This document shows, one piece after another, positions 49,441 through 57,791 of a DNA stretch of 64,000 bases (the stretch's first letter is position 1; every line of letters starts with the position of its first letter). Made by a program: the position numbers and the translations under genes. The notes under the pieces are model-generated. The model was given only the letters and a program-made list of their open reading frames with translations, ran no database searches and had not been told where the DNA came from. The DNA lies in IMG/VR virus record IMGVR_UViG_3300042359_000853, positions 124,001 to 188,000 of that record; one strand, 5' to 3'.

Positions 49441-51099
49441 TTAGTCAAATTTGAATTTTATAGTGCCGGTCTCAAATACAATAGTAGGTTTGAAACCCGT
49501 ATCGTCAAAAAGTTTTTTGTAGGTTTCAAGCTCTCTTTTCACCGTTAGGATAGGAGTTTCATCTACTGGAAGCAATAGATAGAAGTTTTCATCATCGGTA
49601 TAAACCTTTTTTGAGTTGAATAACCTTTGTCTTTTCATCTTCATAATCAGTGAGCCATATTTAGCTGAGATAGATGGATCTAGACCTACTTTTCTAGCTA
49701 TACGAAGATTATTCCAATTTACACCGAGAGTTGCTCTTGCTAATCTTTCGAGAAAAGAAATGTTTTGCATTTCAGTATGTGTATGCTCTGAGAAATATCC
49801 AACAGAGATGTTTGTACATTCTGGTATAAGATCCATAAATGATGCTGAATCGGTGAACACACCGGTGTTATCTAACCTCATCTGCATACCATTCGCGTTA
49901 AGTTCATCACATAGACTTTGAGCAAAGACGTTTGAGCAACAAGTTTGAGAAAGTTGAGAAGTGATTACTGAGAAATAGTTTCTTCTATCAAAAGAAATAC
50001 ATTTTTTCATACCTCTAAGATGTTGTATAGTATCAAAGTTTTCAGCTACTTTACTAGATCCAATAGCCCCGCGCTCTTCACCAATAAAGAAGTAATACAC
50101 ACCAGGTATTCTGTTAGCAATCATATAAAGAAGTATAGTAACACCAGCCTTATCATCAGCTCCAAGTATAGATGTTCCATCAGTTACAAAAATTTCATCT
50201 CCGTTCTCGGTATAGGAAAGAACTCTAACTGCACTTTTAGTTCTTGATGCTGTGTCAGTGTGACAAGTAAACATGGTATCAGAATTTCCGATGACTAAGT
50301 AGTAGTTTCCCCACTGGTCCTTTTGTAGACCAGGAACAGGTAGATATTCCATGACTTCTTCTTCGTGTCCATGTGGATAAGTCTCAGTTGTAAGAGATAA
50401 GAAAGTAGATCGAACGTCTTTTGGATCATATTGAAATGGACGAACCGTTACTGGATCCCCTTTAGCTACTGAATAATATTTACTACCATAACTAGATCCG
50501 TAACCATAAGATGTTCCGGTTCCCCAACTTTTGTTGCCACTTTTAGATGACCACGAACCCGAACCACCATACAATTCAACATCTGAACCATCGTAATAAT
50601 CATAATCATCATCACGAGCACCTTTAGAAGTAGAAGTTGATCCAGAAGTTTTGCTCAAACTAGGAATAAGAGGTTTTTTCTGAACCCAACGATTATAATA
50701 GATCAAAAAGTTCTGAACAAGGGAGTCTAATTGTTTTTTGGTGTATTTAGAAGAAAAATCCGGATTTTTACCCATGAAATATTTTAGAAGAGCACTCACA
50801 CCAATCACACCGGTCTTTTCTCCAAGTACGACATCAAAATAATCAGGTGAAGTAGAGCAGTCTAAAGTTTTCAGATTTATCTTGTTTTCATACTTATCAT
50901 TTTGGTGTAGATCGAAGAAAAACTCACAAACAACAATTGTTTCATCCAACGACTTTGATGTTTTATCATTAACTTTGGCTTTATCATAGGATAAATCTGA
51001 TAGATCGCCGAGCATCACCCAAAATCCATCTGTGAAATTAATTAGTGGCCCGGATTCTCCACCTTCTAACATTTCTATTTTTTCTTTTTCTTTTTGCAT
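49441..51099 (-). CDS. M28/M20-like zinc hydrolase, copy 1, with extra N-terminal domain
   Basis: YPHGHE, FTCHTDT, LGADDKAG, GEERG, SFDRR, FTDS, PECTNISVGY..EH. Confidence 0.85.
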   Translation of the reverse strand: MQKEKEKIEMLEGGESGPLINFTDGFWVMLGDLSDLSYDKAKVNDKTSKSLDETIVVCEFFFDLHQNDKYENKINLKTLDCSTSPDYFDVVLGEKTGVIGVSALLKYFMGKNPDFSSKYTKKQLDSLVQNFLIYYNRWVQKKPLIPSLSKTSGSTSTSKGARDDDYDYYDGSDVELYGGSGSWSSKSGNKSWGTGTSYGYGSSYGSKYYSVAKGDPVTVRPFQYDPKDVRSTFLSLTTETYPHGHEEEVMEYLPVPGLQKDQWGNYYLVIGNSDTMFTCHTDTASRTKSAVRVLSYTENGDEIFVTDGTSILGADDKAGVTILLYMIANRIPGVYYFFIGEERGAIGSSKVAENFDTIQHLRGMKKCISFDRRNYFSVITSQLSQTCCSNVFAQSLCDELNANGMQMRLDNTGVFTDSASFMDLIPECTNISVGYFSEHTHTEMQNISFLERLARATLGVNWNNLRIARKVGLDPSISAKYGSLIMKMKRQRLFNSKKVYTDDENFYLLLPVDETPILTVKRELETYKKLFDDTGFKPTIVFETGTIKFKFD

Positions 51100-51107
51100 G
51101 GTTTTAT

Positions 51108-51605
51108 TTATTTTTGATTGGTATAGTTTTTAAAACTTAATATTTTTGATTCGTTTTTGGGTGTCTCTTCAACTGATATTTTAATAATACTTGGAAGATT
51201 TTTATACATATCGCAAAATTGATCTAGGCTATCAAAGTAGCAAAATATATATTTATGGATATCAATCTCGTCGAGAATGTATCTCACACCACCATGAAGA
51301 AGGTAACCACCCACATTCCTTCTTTTCAATAGATAACCTTTGAAATAAATTCTCTCCTTACCAAAACCACCATATCCACGTGAAAAATCATAGTGGGTAA
51401 AAGTTTTAGAAGGTTCTCCAAACTCAATACCTTTAAGATCTCCAGTAAGTAGATTTAGTTTATTTATTTCATCTTTTTCAAAGTGAGCCCTATATCTTGA
51501 TTGATTAAGAAAATCAGTTATCTCAATCTCGTTGGGAAGTTCTAAAATTGTTGCATTTTTAGAGTCTTTTATCGACAAACGTTCTAAAGTAGAAATATTT
51601 TTCAT
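51108..51605 (-). CDS. Hypothetical protein
   Basis: ORF; C-terminal NESKILSFKNY motif. Confidence 0.6.
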   Translation of the reverse strand: MKNISTLERLSIKDSKNATILELPNEIEITDFLNQSRYRAHFEKDEINKLNLLTGDLKGIEFGEPSKTFTHYDFSRGYGGFGKERIYFKGYLLKRRNVGGYLLHGGVRYILDEIDIHKYIFCYFDSLDQFCDMYKNLPSIIKISVEETPKNESKILSFKNYTNQK

Positions 51606-51630
51606 ACAGGGTATATATTATTTTCAAAAC

Positions 51631-51960
51631 TTATAAAAGTCTATTTAGTTGAGATAAACCCTGATAAATATCAATAACTCGTAGTTTTAGAACAGATTGA
51701 GTTGATGGTGATGTCATCGATTGACCTTCTCTACGAATAAAGGCAGTTATATAAACAACATCCCCTCTTTTTACTTCTTTGTTAGCTAAATCTGTATTTA
51801 CTGCTATTAAGTTTTCATTGGCACCAGAAGTAGATTCTTTTTCAGGTTCTACGAAAATATCAACAATAGATTCTATTTCGATTTTACCAGAAATCTCGTC
51901 AGAATCGAGATTTAATTTTTTATCTTCTACGTCAGAAGAGAGATTTGTAAATTTCTTCAT
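51631..51960 (-). CDS. Hypothetical protein
   Basis: ORF with late motif upstream. Confidence 0.6.
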   Translation of the reverse strand: MKKFTNLSSDVEDKKLNLDSDEISGKIEIESIVDIFVEPEKESTSGANENLIAVNTDLANKEVKRGDVVYITAFIRREGQSMTSPSTQSVLKLRVIDIYQGLSQLNRLL

Positions 51961-52005
51961 TAAACAATCGGTTTTTAATATATATATAAAATTTAAAGGA
52001 ATAAA

Positions 52006-53322
52006 ATGTCAAAATTAGTAAACTTGAACACAATCAGTGATTCAGACCAAATCGATAAGATCTTGGATTCTGATCTGATGATATTTGAAGATGTTCAAGG
52101 ATCAAAAATATTAGTTCAATGGGATGGTGAAAAATTCACGATAAAACCAAAATCTTTATCTTCAGAACCTATCAACCTAGTTGATTTAGCTATGCAGAAC
52201 TATTATAACGCGGCTTTTGACTACCTTAATTCGTTAGATAAAAGAGTGAAAACATTACTCAATAAAAAGTGGTGGTATGTTTTTGAGTATTTCTCTGATA
52301 ATCAACCTGCTAATATAGCTTACACAAGAACCCCAAAAAACGGATTAGTTCTAACATCCATCATTAAAGGTCGTGATTATAACTATACTATCGAGGAGCT
52401 TGATGAATATTCCAGACTTTTCAATGTTGATCCTCTGCCGATTATTTTTCGGGGAAGACTTTCACAAAAAACAAGAGAAGCTATTAAATATTTTCTCAAC
52501 ACCTCTGAGAAAGATTTAGAATATGTTTTTGGTGAAAAATCTTTTGCTTTTTTCTTTTACAAAATACTTAACCCTAACACACAAAACTCTTTTCTGATGG
52601 AAGATGAGTTTCAAAATAATCTAGAAAAACTGATTATTAAAACACCAGATACCGAAACAACATTTGCTATCTTAAATCCACTCTATAAAAAAATATCTGA
52701 TAATGGATCTACTGAATTTGTTGAAGTATATACTCTTATTTTAGTTAACTTTTTGAGTTTTTGTCAATCCGTGGATCTGAAACGTATAAAGTTGGATGCC
52801 ACCAATCGTGAAGAAGCCTATATTAGCCTAATATGTAAACTATTTAATGTGTATATGACCGAGGTTAAATCTGATGTTTTAGATTTTGAGTTTACGATAC
52901 CTCATTTTTTCAATAAAGATAAGTTTAAAATAAATCGTGAGCTTATTTCTGATGTAGCTACAAAGAATATTATCTCACAAGATCCGAAAATAGAATATAT
53001 CTTCAAAGTGGTCCTGGGATCATTCAACAGAAAAAAGAAAAAACCGATTGGTGTTTTTAATAATAATACCTTAAATCTTTTCAATAATTTTGTAGATACT
53101 TTAGAAGCTCGTGTTGATGAGTATCTTAACAAAAAATCAGAAATAGAACTCACCAAAAAGGGTCTTCTAGATTTTAGTGATTATTTTGATATTAAATATG
53201 ATACTGATTCACAAGGTCAAGTTTATCCAGATGTCTATAAAGAGTTTGAGAAGGGAGCTGATGAGAAATCTAAAAAAGATAAATCACCAAAAGGATTCTC
53301 AATTCCAGAAAAAAAACCTTGA
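52006..53322 (+). CDS. RNA-ligase (Rnl2-like) fold protein lacking catalytic lysines
   Basis: IFEDVQGS at motif I position, VFEYF (III), PIIFRG, EKLIIK (IV), FAILNP (V). Confidence 0.5.
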   Translation: MSKLVNLNTISDSDQIDKILDSDLMIFEDVQGSKILVQWDGEKFTIKPKSLSSEPINLVDLAMQNYYNAAFDYLNSLDKRVKTLLNKKWWYVFEYFSDNQPANIAYTRTPKNGLVLTSIIKGRDYNYTIEELDEYSRLFNVDPLPIIFRGRLSQKTREAIKYFLNTSEKDLEYVFGEKSFAFFFYKILNPNTQNSFLMEDEFQNNLEKLIIKTPDTETTFAILNPLYKKISDNGSTEFVEVYTLILVNFLSFCQSVDLKRIKLDATNREEAYISLICKLFNVYMTEVKSDVLDFEFTIPHFFNKDKFKINRELISDVATKNIISQDPKIEYIFKVVLGSFNRKKKKPIGVFNNNTLNLFNNFVDTLEARVDEYLNKKSEIELTKKGLLDFSDYFDIKYDTDSQGQVYPDVYKEFEKGADEKSKKDKSPKGFSIPEKKP

Positions 53323-53345
53323 ACTTTTAATCTATAATATCATAC
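53322..53345 (+). promoter_or_regulatory. Representative putative middle promoter AACTTTT-N12-CATAC
   Basis: Same 19-nt AAC-to-CATA offset as the motifs at 55182-55204 and upstream of gp52 (34587-34610, minus). Confidence 0.5.
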
Positions 53346-53444
53346 CTATTAGGTATTATAAATAATTATATTTTTTATAGTAAAATATAGAAAAAAAGTT
53401 GAAAAAATACTACTTTACAGATTTATATTTTAATATATAGATCT

Positions 53445-54014
53445 ATGAAATATAAAGTAAGTGAATATGCTAAATTGAAAAACGTTACCTACCGAACCGT
53501 TTGGAACTGGATAAAATCAAATAAGATAGACTATCAAACTACAAACACCGGTGGTCTGGTTATAGTTGAAGAAGATCCCAATTCAAATAAAGAGGTAGCA
53601 GTTTATGCTCGTGTTTCTTCATCAGAGAATAAAGATAATCTAGAAAGACAGAAAAATAGATTATTGGACTATTGTGCTTCTAGAGGATATAAAGTTTCTA
53701 GTATAGTAACAGAGATTGGATCTGGATTGAACGATAAAAGACCAAAATTAGAAAAAATTCTAACAAATAGATCTATAAGTATAATTGTAGTTGAACATCG
53801 GGATAGATTATCAAGATTTGGATTTAATTATATAGAAAAACTATTAAATTCAAATGATAGAAGGATAGAGGTAATAAATGAGCCTCTTAATGAAAAAGAA
53901 GATTTAATACAAGACTTTGTATCTATAATTACTAGTTTTACCGCTAGATTGTATGGACAAAGAAGAAGTAAAAGAAGAACCGAATTTCTTATAAAAAATC
54001 TACAAAGTGAATGA
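53445..54014 (+). CDS. tnpA: IS607 transposase (MerR-like HTH + serine recombinase)
   Basis: VTYRTVWNW; VYARVSS..LERQ; EIGSGLN; EHRDRLSRFG; ARLYG. Confidence 0.95.
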   Translation: MKYKVSEYAKLKNVTYRTVWNWIKSNKIDYQTTNTGGLVIVEEDPNSNKEVAVYARVSSSENKDNLERQKNRLLDYCASRGYKVSSIVTEIGSGLNDKRPKLEKILTNRSISIIVVEHRDRLSRFGFNYIEKLLNSNDRRIEVINEPLNEKEDLIQDFVSIITSFTARLYGQRRSKRRTEFLIKNLQSE

Positions 54015-55180
54015 TCCTAGTTGAAAAGCACATAATTAGATCAGGTAAATATTTCAATCAACTAATGGAAGTTACTAGATTGAGTAAAAATCTTTATAAT
54101 TCTGGTTTGTATGCTGTGAGGCAGCACTATTTTGAATACAAGAAGTTCTTAAATTATGTAAATCTTAATAATATGTTTGTTGAACAGAAACAACAAGATT
54201 ATTACAAACTACCAGCAAAGGTTAGCCAACAAACACTGAAAATGGTGGAACAAAATTTCAAATCATTTTTTGGATTACTAAAATCTGAAAAAACTAAAAA
54301 GGTAAAAATACCTAAATATCTGGATAAAAATTCCAGTTTTTTAACAATTTGGACAAATCAAGCAGTTTCTCTCAAAAAGAAGGGTTACTTAAAGCTATCA
54401 GGAACTGATGTCTATATCAAAACAGATATTGATCATATCAATCAAGTTAGAGTTGTTCCTAGAAATAATGAGTTAGTAGTAGAGATATTATATGAAGTCC
54501 GGGAAAATGATTTAAAGAAAGATAACGGAAAATATTCATCTATAGATCTTGGCATCAATAATCTCATGACTTTATCGGGAAACACAACAAAACCTATTAT
54601 AGTCAATGGGAAACCACTAAAATCTATTAATCAGTATTACAACAAGAAAAAATCCGAAATTCAGGGTAAATTAGAAACAATCAACAAAACAAAAAAGAGC
54701 AAAAAATTAAATAAACTAACAAACAAAAGAAACAACAAAATAAATGATTATCTACACAAATCAAGTAAAATAATTATCAATCATTTAGTTTCCAAAGATA
54801 TATGTACTTTAATAGTTGGATACAATCAATACTGGAAACAAGAGATAAATATTGGAAAAAAGAATAATCAGAATTTTGTTTCAATTCCCTATCTAAAATT
54901 ATTAAATATGTTAGAATACAAATGTAAAAAAGAAGGCATTAACTTTGTCAAAAACGAGGAGAGTTATACATCCAAGTGCTCGTTTATAGATGGTGAGGAA
55001 ATTAAAAAACATACAAAATATTTAGGTAAAAGAATAAAAAGAGGATTATTCGAGAGCGCGTCTGGTAAATTGATAAATGCGGATTTGAATGGATCTCTAA
55101 ATATTCTCAAAAAAGTAGTTGGGGAATTTCAGTACCCAATAGAGGTGTGTAGCACGCCAAAAGTTATTAATTTAGCTTAG
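54011..55180 (+). CDS. tnpB: TnpB RNA-guided endonuclease
   Basis: SKNLYN, SIDLGINN (RuvC-I), DYLHKSS, EESYTSKC, NADLNGSLNI (RuvC-III). Confidence 0.95.
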   Translation: MILVEKHIIRSGKYFNQLMEVTRLSKNLYNSGLYAVRQHYFEYKKFLNYVNLNNMFVEQKQQDYYKLPAKVSQQTLKMVEQNFKSFFGLLKSEKTKKVKIPKYLDKNSSFLTIWTNQAVSLKKKGYLKLSGTDVYIKTDIDHINQVRVVPRNNELVVEILYEVRENDLKKDNGKYSSIDLGINNLMTLSGNTTKPIIVNGKPLKSINQYYNKKKSEIQGKLETINKTKKSKKLNKLTNKRNNKINDYLHKSSKIIINHLVSKDICTLIVGYNQYWKQEINIGKKNNQNFVSIPYLKLLNMLEYKCKKEGINFVKNEESYTSKCSFIDGEEIKKHTKYLGKRIKRGLFESASGKLINADLNGSLNILKKVVGEFQYPIEVCSTPKVINLA

Positions 55181-55216
55181 AAACTTTTTCTATGGATTTC
55201 CATAAAATTAGTAGCT

Positions 55217-56374
55217 ATGAACAAGGATTATTTACTTCACCATTATCCAACCTATTTAGATAGATATTTTTCTGGGAAAACTATAAAATTTCGAGATCAA
55301 ATTTTGAAGCGTGATTATTTTGTTCATCTGATCTCTTCGCTACTTACTAAATATTATTACACTAAAGAGAACGAGTTCAAGTTGAATGCTACTATCTTAA
55401 GAGAAACTTATGGTAAGTGGTATAACTATTATATGGAATATTTAGTTCATAACGGTATTCTTATTGTTTATAAAAATCATCAAAGGGGTAGGCGGTCAAG
55501 AATCTACCAGCTCTCTATCTCTATCTTAACGAGTCCTGTAAGTAGATATCTGAATGGTGATGAGATTTTGTTGAAAAAAAGAAAAAAATGGACAGATTAT
55601 AATCTCAAATCAAGTGAATCACCTATTTGTATGGAGATAAGACAAAGGTTGATAGAAGATTTATATAGCGTTCAAATACAATATGATAAGGCTTGTTTTG
55701 AACTCTTATCAAAAGAACACCTCTCTCGAGTTGAACTTGAAAGAAATAACTTCGCGGTGGAATGTATTCGTGAAGGCGAAATCTATTTTCACTTTGATGA
55801 TTATGGAAGATTTCACACACCTTTCACTATACTTCCCAAAAACGTTAGAAATAACTGCCTTACTATTCAAAATAGTGATATCACAGAGATTGATATACCA
55901 AACTCACAGCCACTATTCCTTCTAAAACTCATTCAGATGAATAGGCACATTCCGATAGAAGAGGTAGAGTATGAACTATTCTCAGAATTAGTTAGAGATG
56001 GAGTTTTCTATAAACATCTTTCTAAAATCTCTGGAAATAAAAATGTTAAAGAAGTGAAAAAAAATGTTTTTGAGATCTTTTTCGGACATAATAATCAAAA
56101 CTCTACATCTAGATTATTTTCTGGTTTTTTTCCAAGTATCTTTAATTTTCTAAGGGTCATTAAAAGGGAACGTGGTGATTACCGATGGGTTTCCCATCAA
56201 CTACAAAGATTAGAATCAGATTTTATTTTCAATAAAGTTATTAAAAAAATCTATAGTAGAGATCCCAATATCAAACTATTCACGGTTCATGATAGTATTT
56301 TTTGTAGAAAAGATAGGGTTGGGTTTGTAGATAACATCTTTATTTCAGAAATAAAAAAAGAGTTTGATTTCTAA
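55217..56374 (+). CDS. Compact family-A polymerase-palm-like protein
   Basis: GRFHT, EIDIPNSQP (motif A), KEVKKNVFEIFFG (motif B-like), LQRLES, TVHDSI (motif C). Confidence 0.6.
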   Translation: MNKDYLLHHYPTYLDRYFSGKTIKFRDQILKRDYFVHLISSLLTKYYYTKENEFKLNATILRETYGKWYNYYMEYLVHNGILIVYKNHQRGRRSRIYQLSISILTSPVSRYLNGDEILLKKRKKWTDYNLKSSESPICMEIRQRLIEDLYSVQIQYDKACFELLSKEHLSRVELERNNFAVECIREGEIYFHFDDYGRFHTPFTILPKNVRNNCLTIQNSDITEIDIPNSQPLFLLKLIQMNRHIPIEEVEYELFSELVRDGVFYKHLSKISGNKNVKEVKKNVFEIFFGHNNQNSTSRLFSGFFPSIFNFLRVIKRERGDYRWVSHQLQRLESDFIFNKVIKKIYSRDPNIKLFTVHDSIFCRKDRVGFVDNIFISEIKKEFDF

Positions 56375-56398
56375 TCTTCTTTTTTAATATATACCTTC

Positions 56399-56938
56399 AT
56401 GTTTGATTCTCTACATCAGTCAAGTTTTATTATCTTTTTCGATTATGATCACGCTCAAAAATCTATTATAGAATCCATTCTTTATTCAAGAAATTGGTTT
56501 ATTCGTAATATATCTAAAGTGGACGATACACTTACAAGTGAAGCTCTTTTTTGCTACACACTTGATGATGTAAACTTGAAATCTGAAGCTCTGTATCTTT
56601 TACAAAAAACAGGCCTTCGTCACTGCGTTGTTTCTATTGAAAACTCTCTATTCATACTGACTCGTTCGAATGAATCTATAAAAATTTCTAGAGTAGTAGA
56701 TGAGAACGATATCGAGCCGGTGATATTATACTTTATCATTCAAAATATGCCCTATAGATTTGTAAGAGAAAAAACTTATAATCTGGTTTCTATGAAAGAA
56801 GATTTAGAAAATGGAACCCAAGTTCAAGTTTTAGACGGTAAGGTGTGGATTGACATGGTTGTAGAAGATTTAGATAGTGAATGGAAAAACCTCTACGGAA
56901 TCCTATCTAAATACGGCAGGGTTCGTATTCAAAGATAA
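56399..56938 (+). CDS. Hypothetical protein
   Basis: ORF with late motif upstream. Confidence 0.6.
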   Translation: MFDSLHQSSFIIFFDYDHAQKSIIESILYSRNWFIRNISKVDDTLTSEALFCYTLDDVNLKSEALYLLQKTGLRHCVVSIENSLFILTRSNESIKISRVVDENDIEPVILYFIIQNMPYRFVREKTYNLVSMKEDLENGTQVQVLDGKVWIDMVVEDLDSEWKNLYGILSKYGRVRIQR

Positions 56939-56945
56939 AAAATAT

Positions 56946-57692
56946 TTAGGCCAATCGATTAGAAAGGCCTATTTTAGGTCTCGAGTTGTTGATATAAGCC
57001 TCTAAGTTCTTATCATCGATCATCCTGAATTGATTGAATAGTTGAAGATTTTTCTGGTAGAGTTCCATATCGGGTTGGCCTCTGTGGTGCCAAAAATGAA
57101 ATGCTCGATAGGGCATTTGGTGGTTAGATAGAAGACGAGATACTTTAACACTCTGCGCATCGTCTTCGGCTCCCCAACCGATATATTCTTCAGGCCATCC
57201 GGCAATTCTTTCGATAGCAGGTCTTCTAAAAATAGTAATACCTCCACAGAAAGGAACTTTTTGATGATCGTTTTCACCTCTACCTGGACGGTTGATTCCT
57301 AAAATTTGATTGAAATCAAGATTATTCTCCCACTCCTCTAGATCAACTACTGATTTGTAGGGATTCACTACATCGTAGAACTGCGTTTGATTGAGTGAAT
57401 CAATTAGTTCATTTGGATTCATAATCACATCGGCATCTCCAAAGACCACAACCTGACTAGTTGAGTGTTTAAGACCTACGTTATAGGCTAAAGATTTAAT
57501 GAAAGGCCCGTCGTTATACATAAAAATATGTTTACCTGGTAGGTTTAGATGATCGATTTTGGTGTTTCTATCTTGTTCTACTACAATAATTTCAACACCC
57601 TGAAAACCGGACACCCATTCAAGGACTTTTCTTAGGTTCATAATCCTATCTTGTGAAAATCTGAAAGCTATAATAAATGAGAATGGAGGCAC
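56946..57692 (-). CDS. GT-A glycosyltransferase (GT2/GT7 galactosyltransferase-like)
   Basis: IVVEQD, YNVG, FGDADV (DxD), GG, GWGAEDD, HFWH. Confidence 0.88.
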   Translation of the reverse strand: MPPFSFIIAFRFSQDRIMNLRKVLEWVSGFQGVEIIVVEQDRNTKIDHLNLPGKHIFMYNDGPFIKSLAYNVGLKHSTSQVVVFGDADVIMNPNELIDSLNQTQFYDVVNPYKSVVDLEEWENNLDFNQILGINRPGRGENDHQKVPFCGGITIFRRPAIERIAGWPEEYIGWGAEDDAQSVKVSRLLSNHQMPYRAFHFWHHRGQPDMELYQKNLQLFNQFRMIDDKNLEAYINNSRPKIGLSNRLA

Positions 57693-57778
57693 TTTATGTT
57701 ATTTTTTCTTTTTATAGTTTTTTTTAGACTATAAGTTTTTTTTTCATAGAATATAGCTGGAAATTAAAAAATATTCCG

Positions 57779-57786
57779 TAACTTTG
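57779..57786 (+). promoter_or_regulatory. Bacteroidota -7 element TAACTTTG, near-leaderless
   Basis: Ends 5 nt before the ATG at 57792. Confidence 0.55.
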
Positions 57787-57791
57787 CTATT

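Larger units (their letters stand above)
53353..55211 (+). mobile_element. IS607-family element (TnpA serine recombinase + TnpB); ends inferred
   Basis: Overlapping tnpA/tnpB; ATTAG at both inferred junctions (53348-53352, 55207-55211). Confidence 0.8.
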
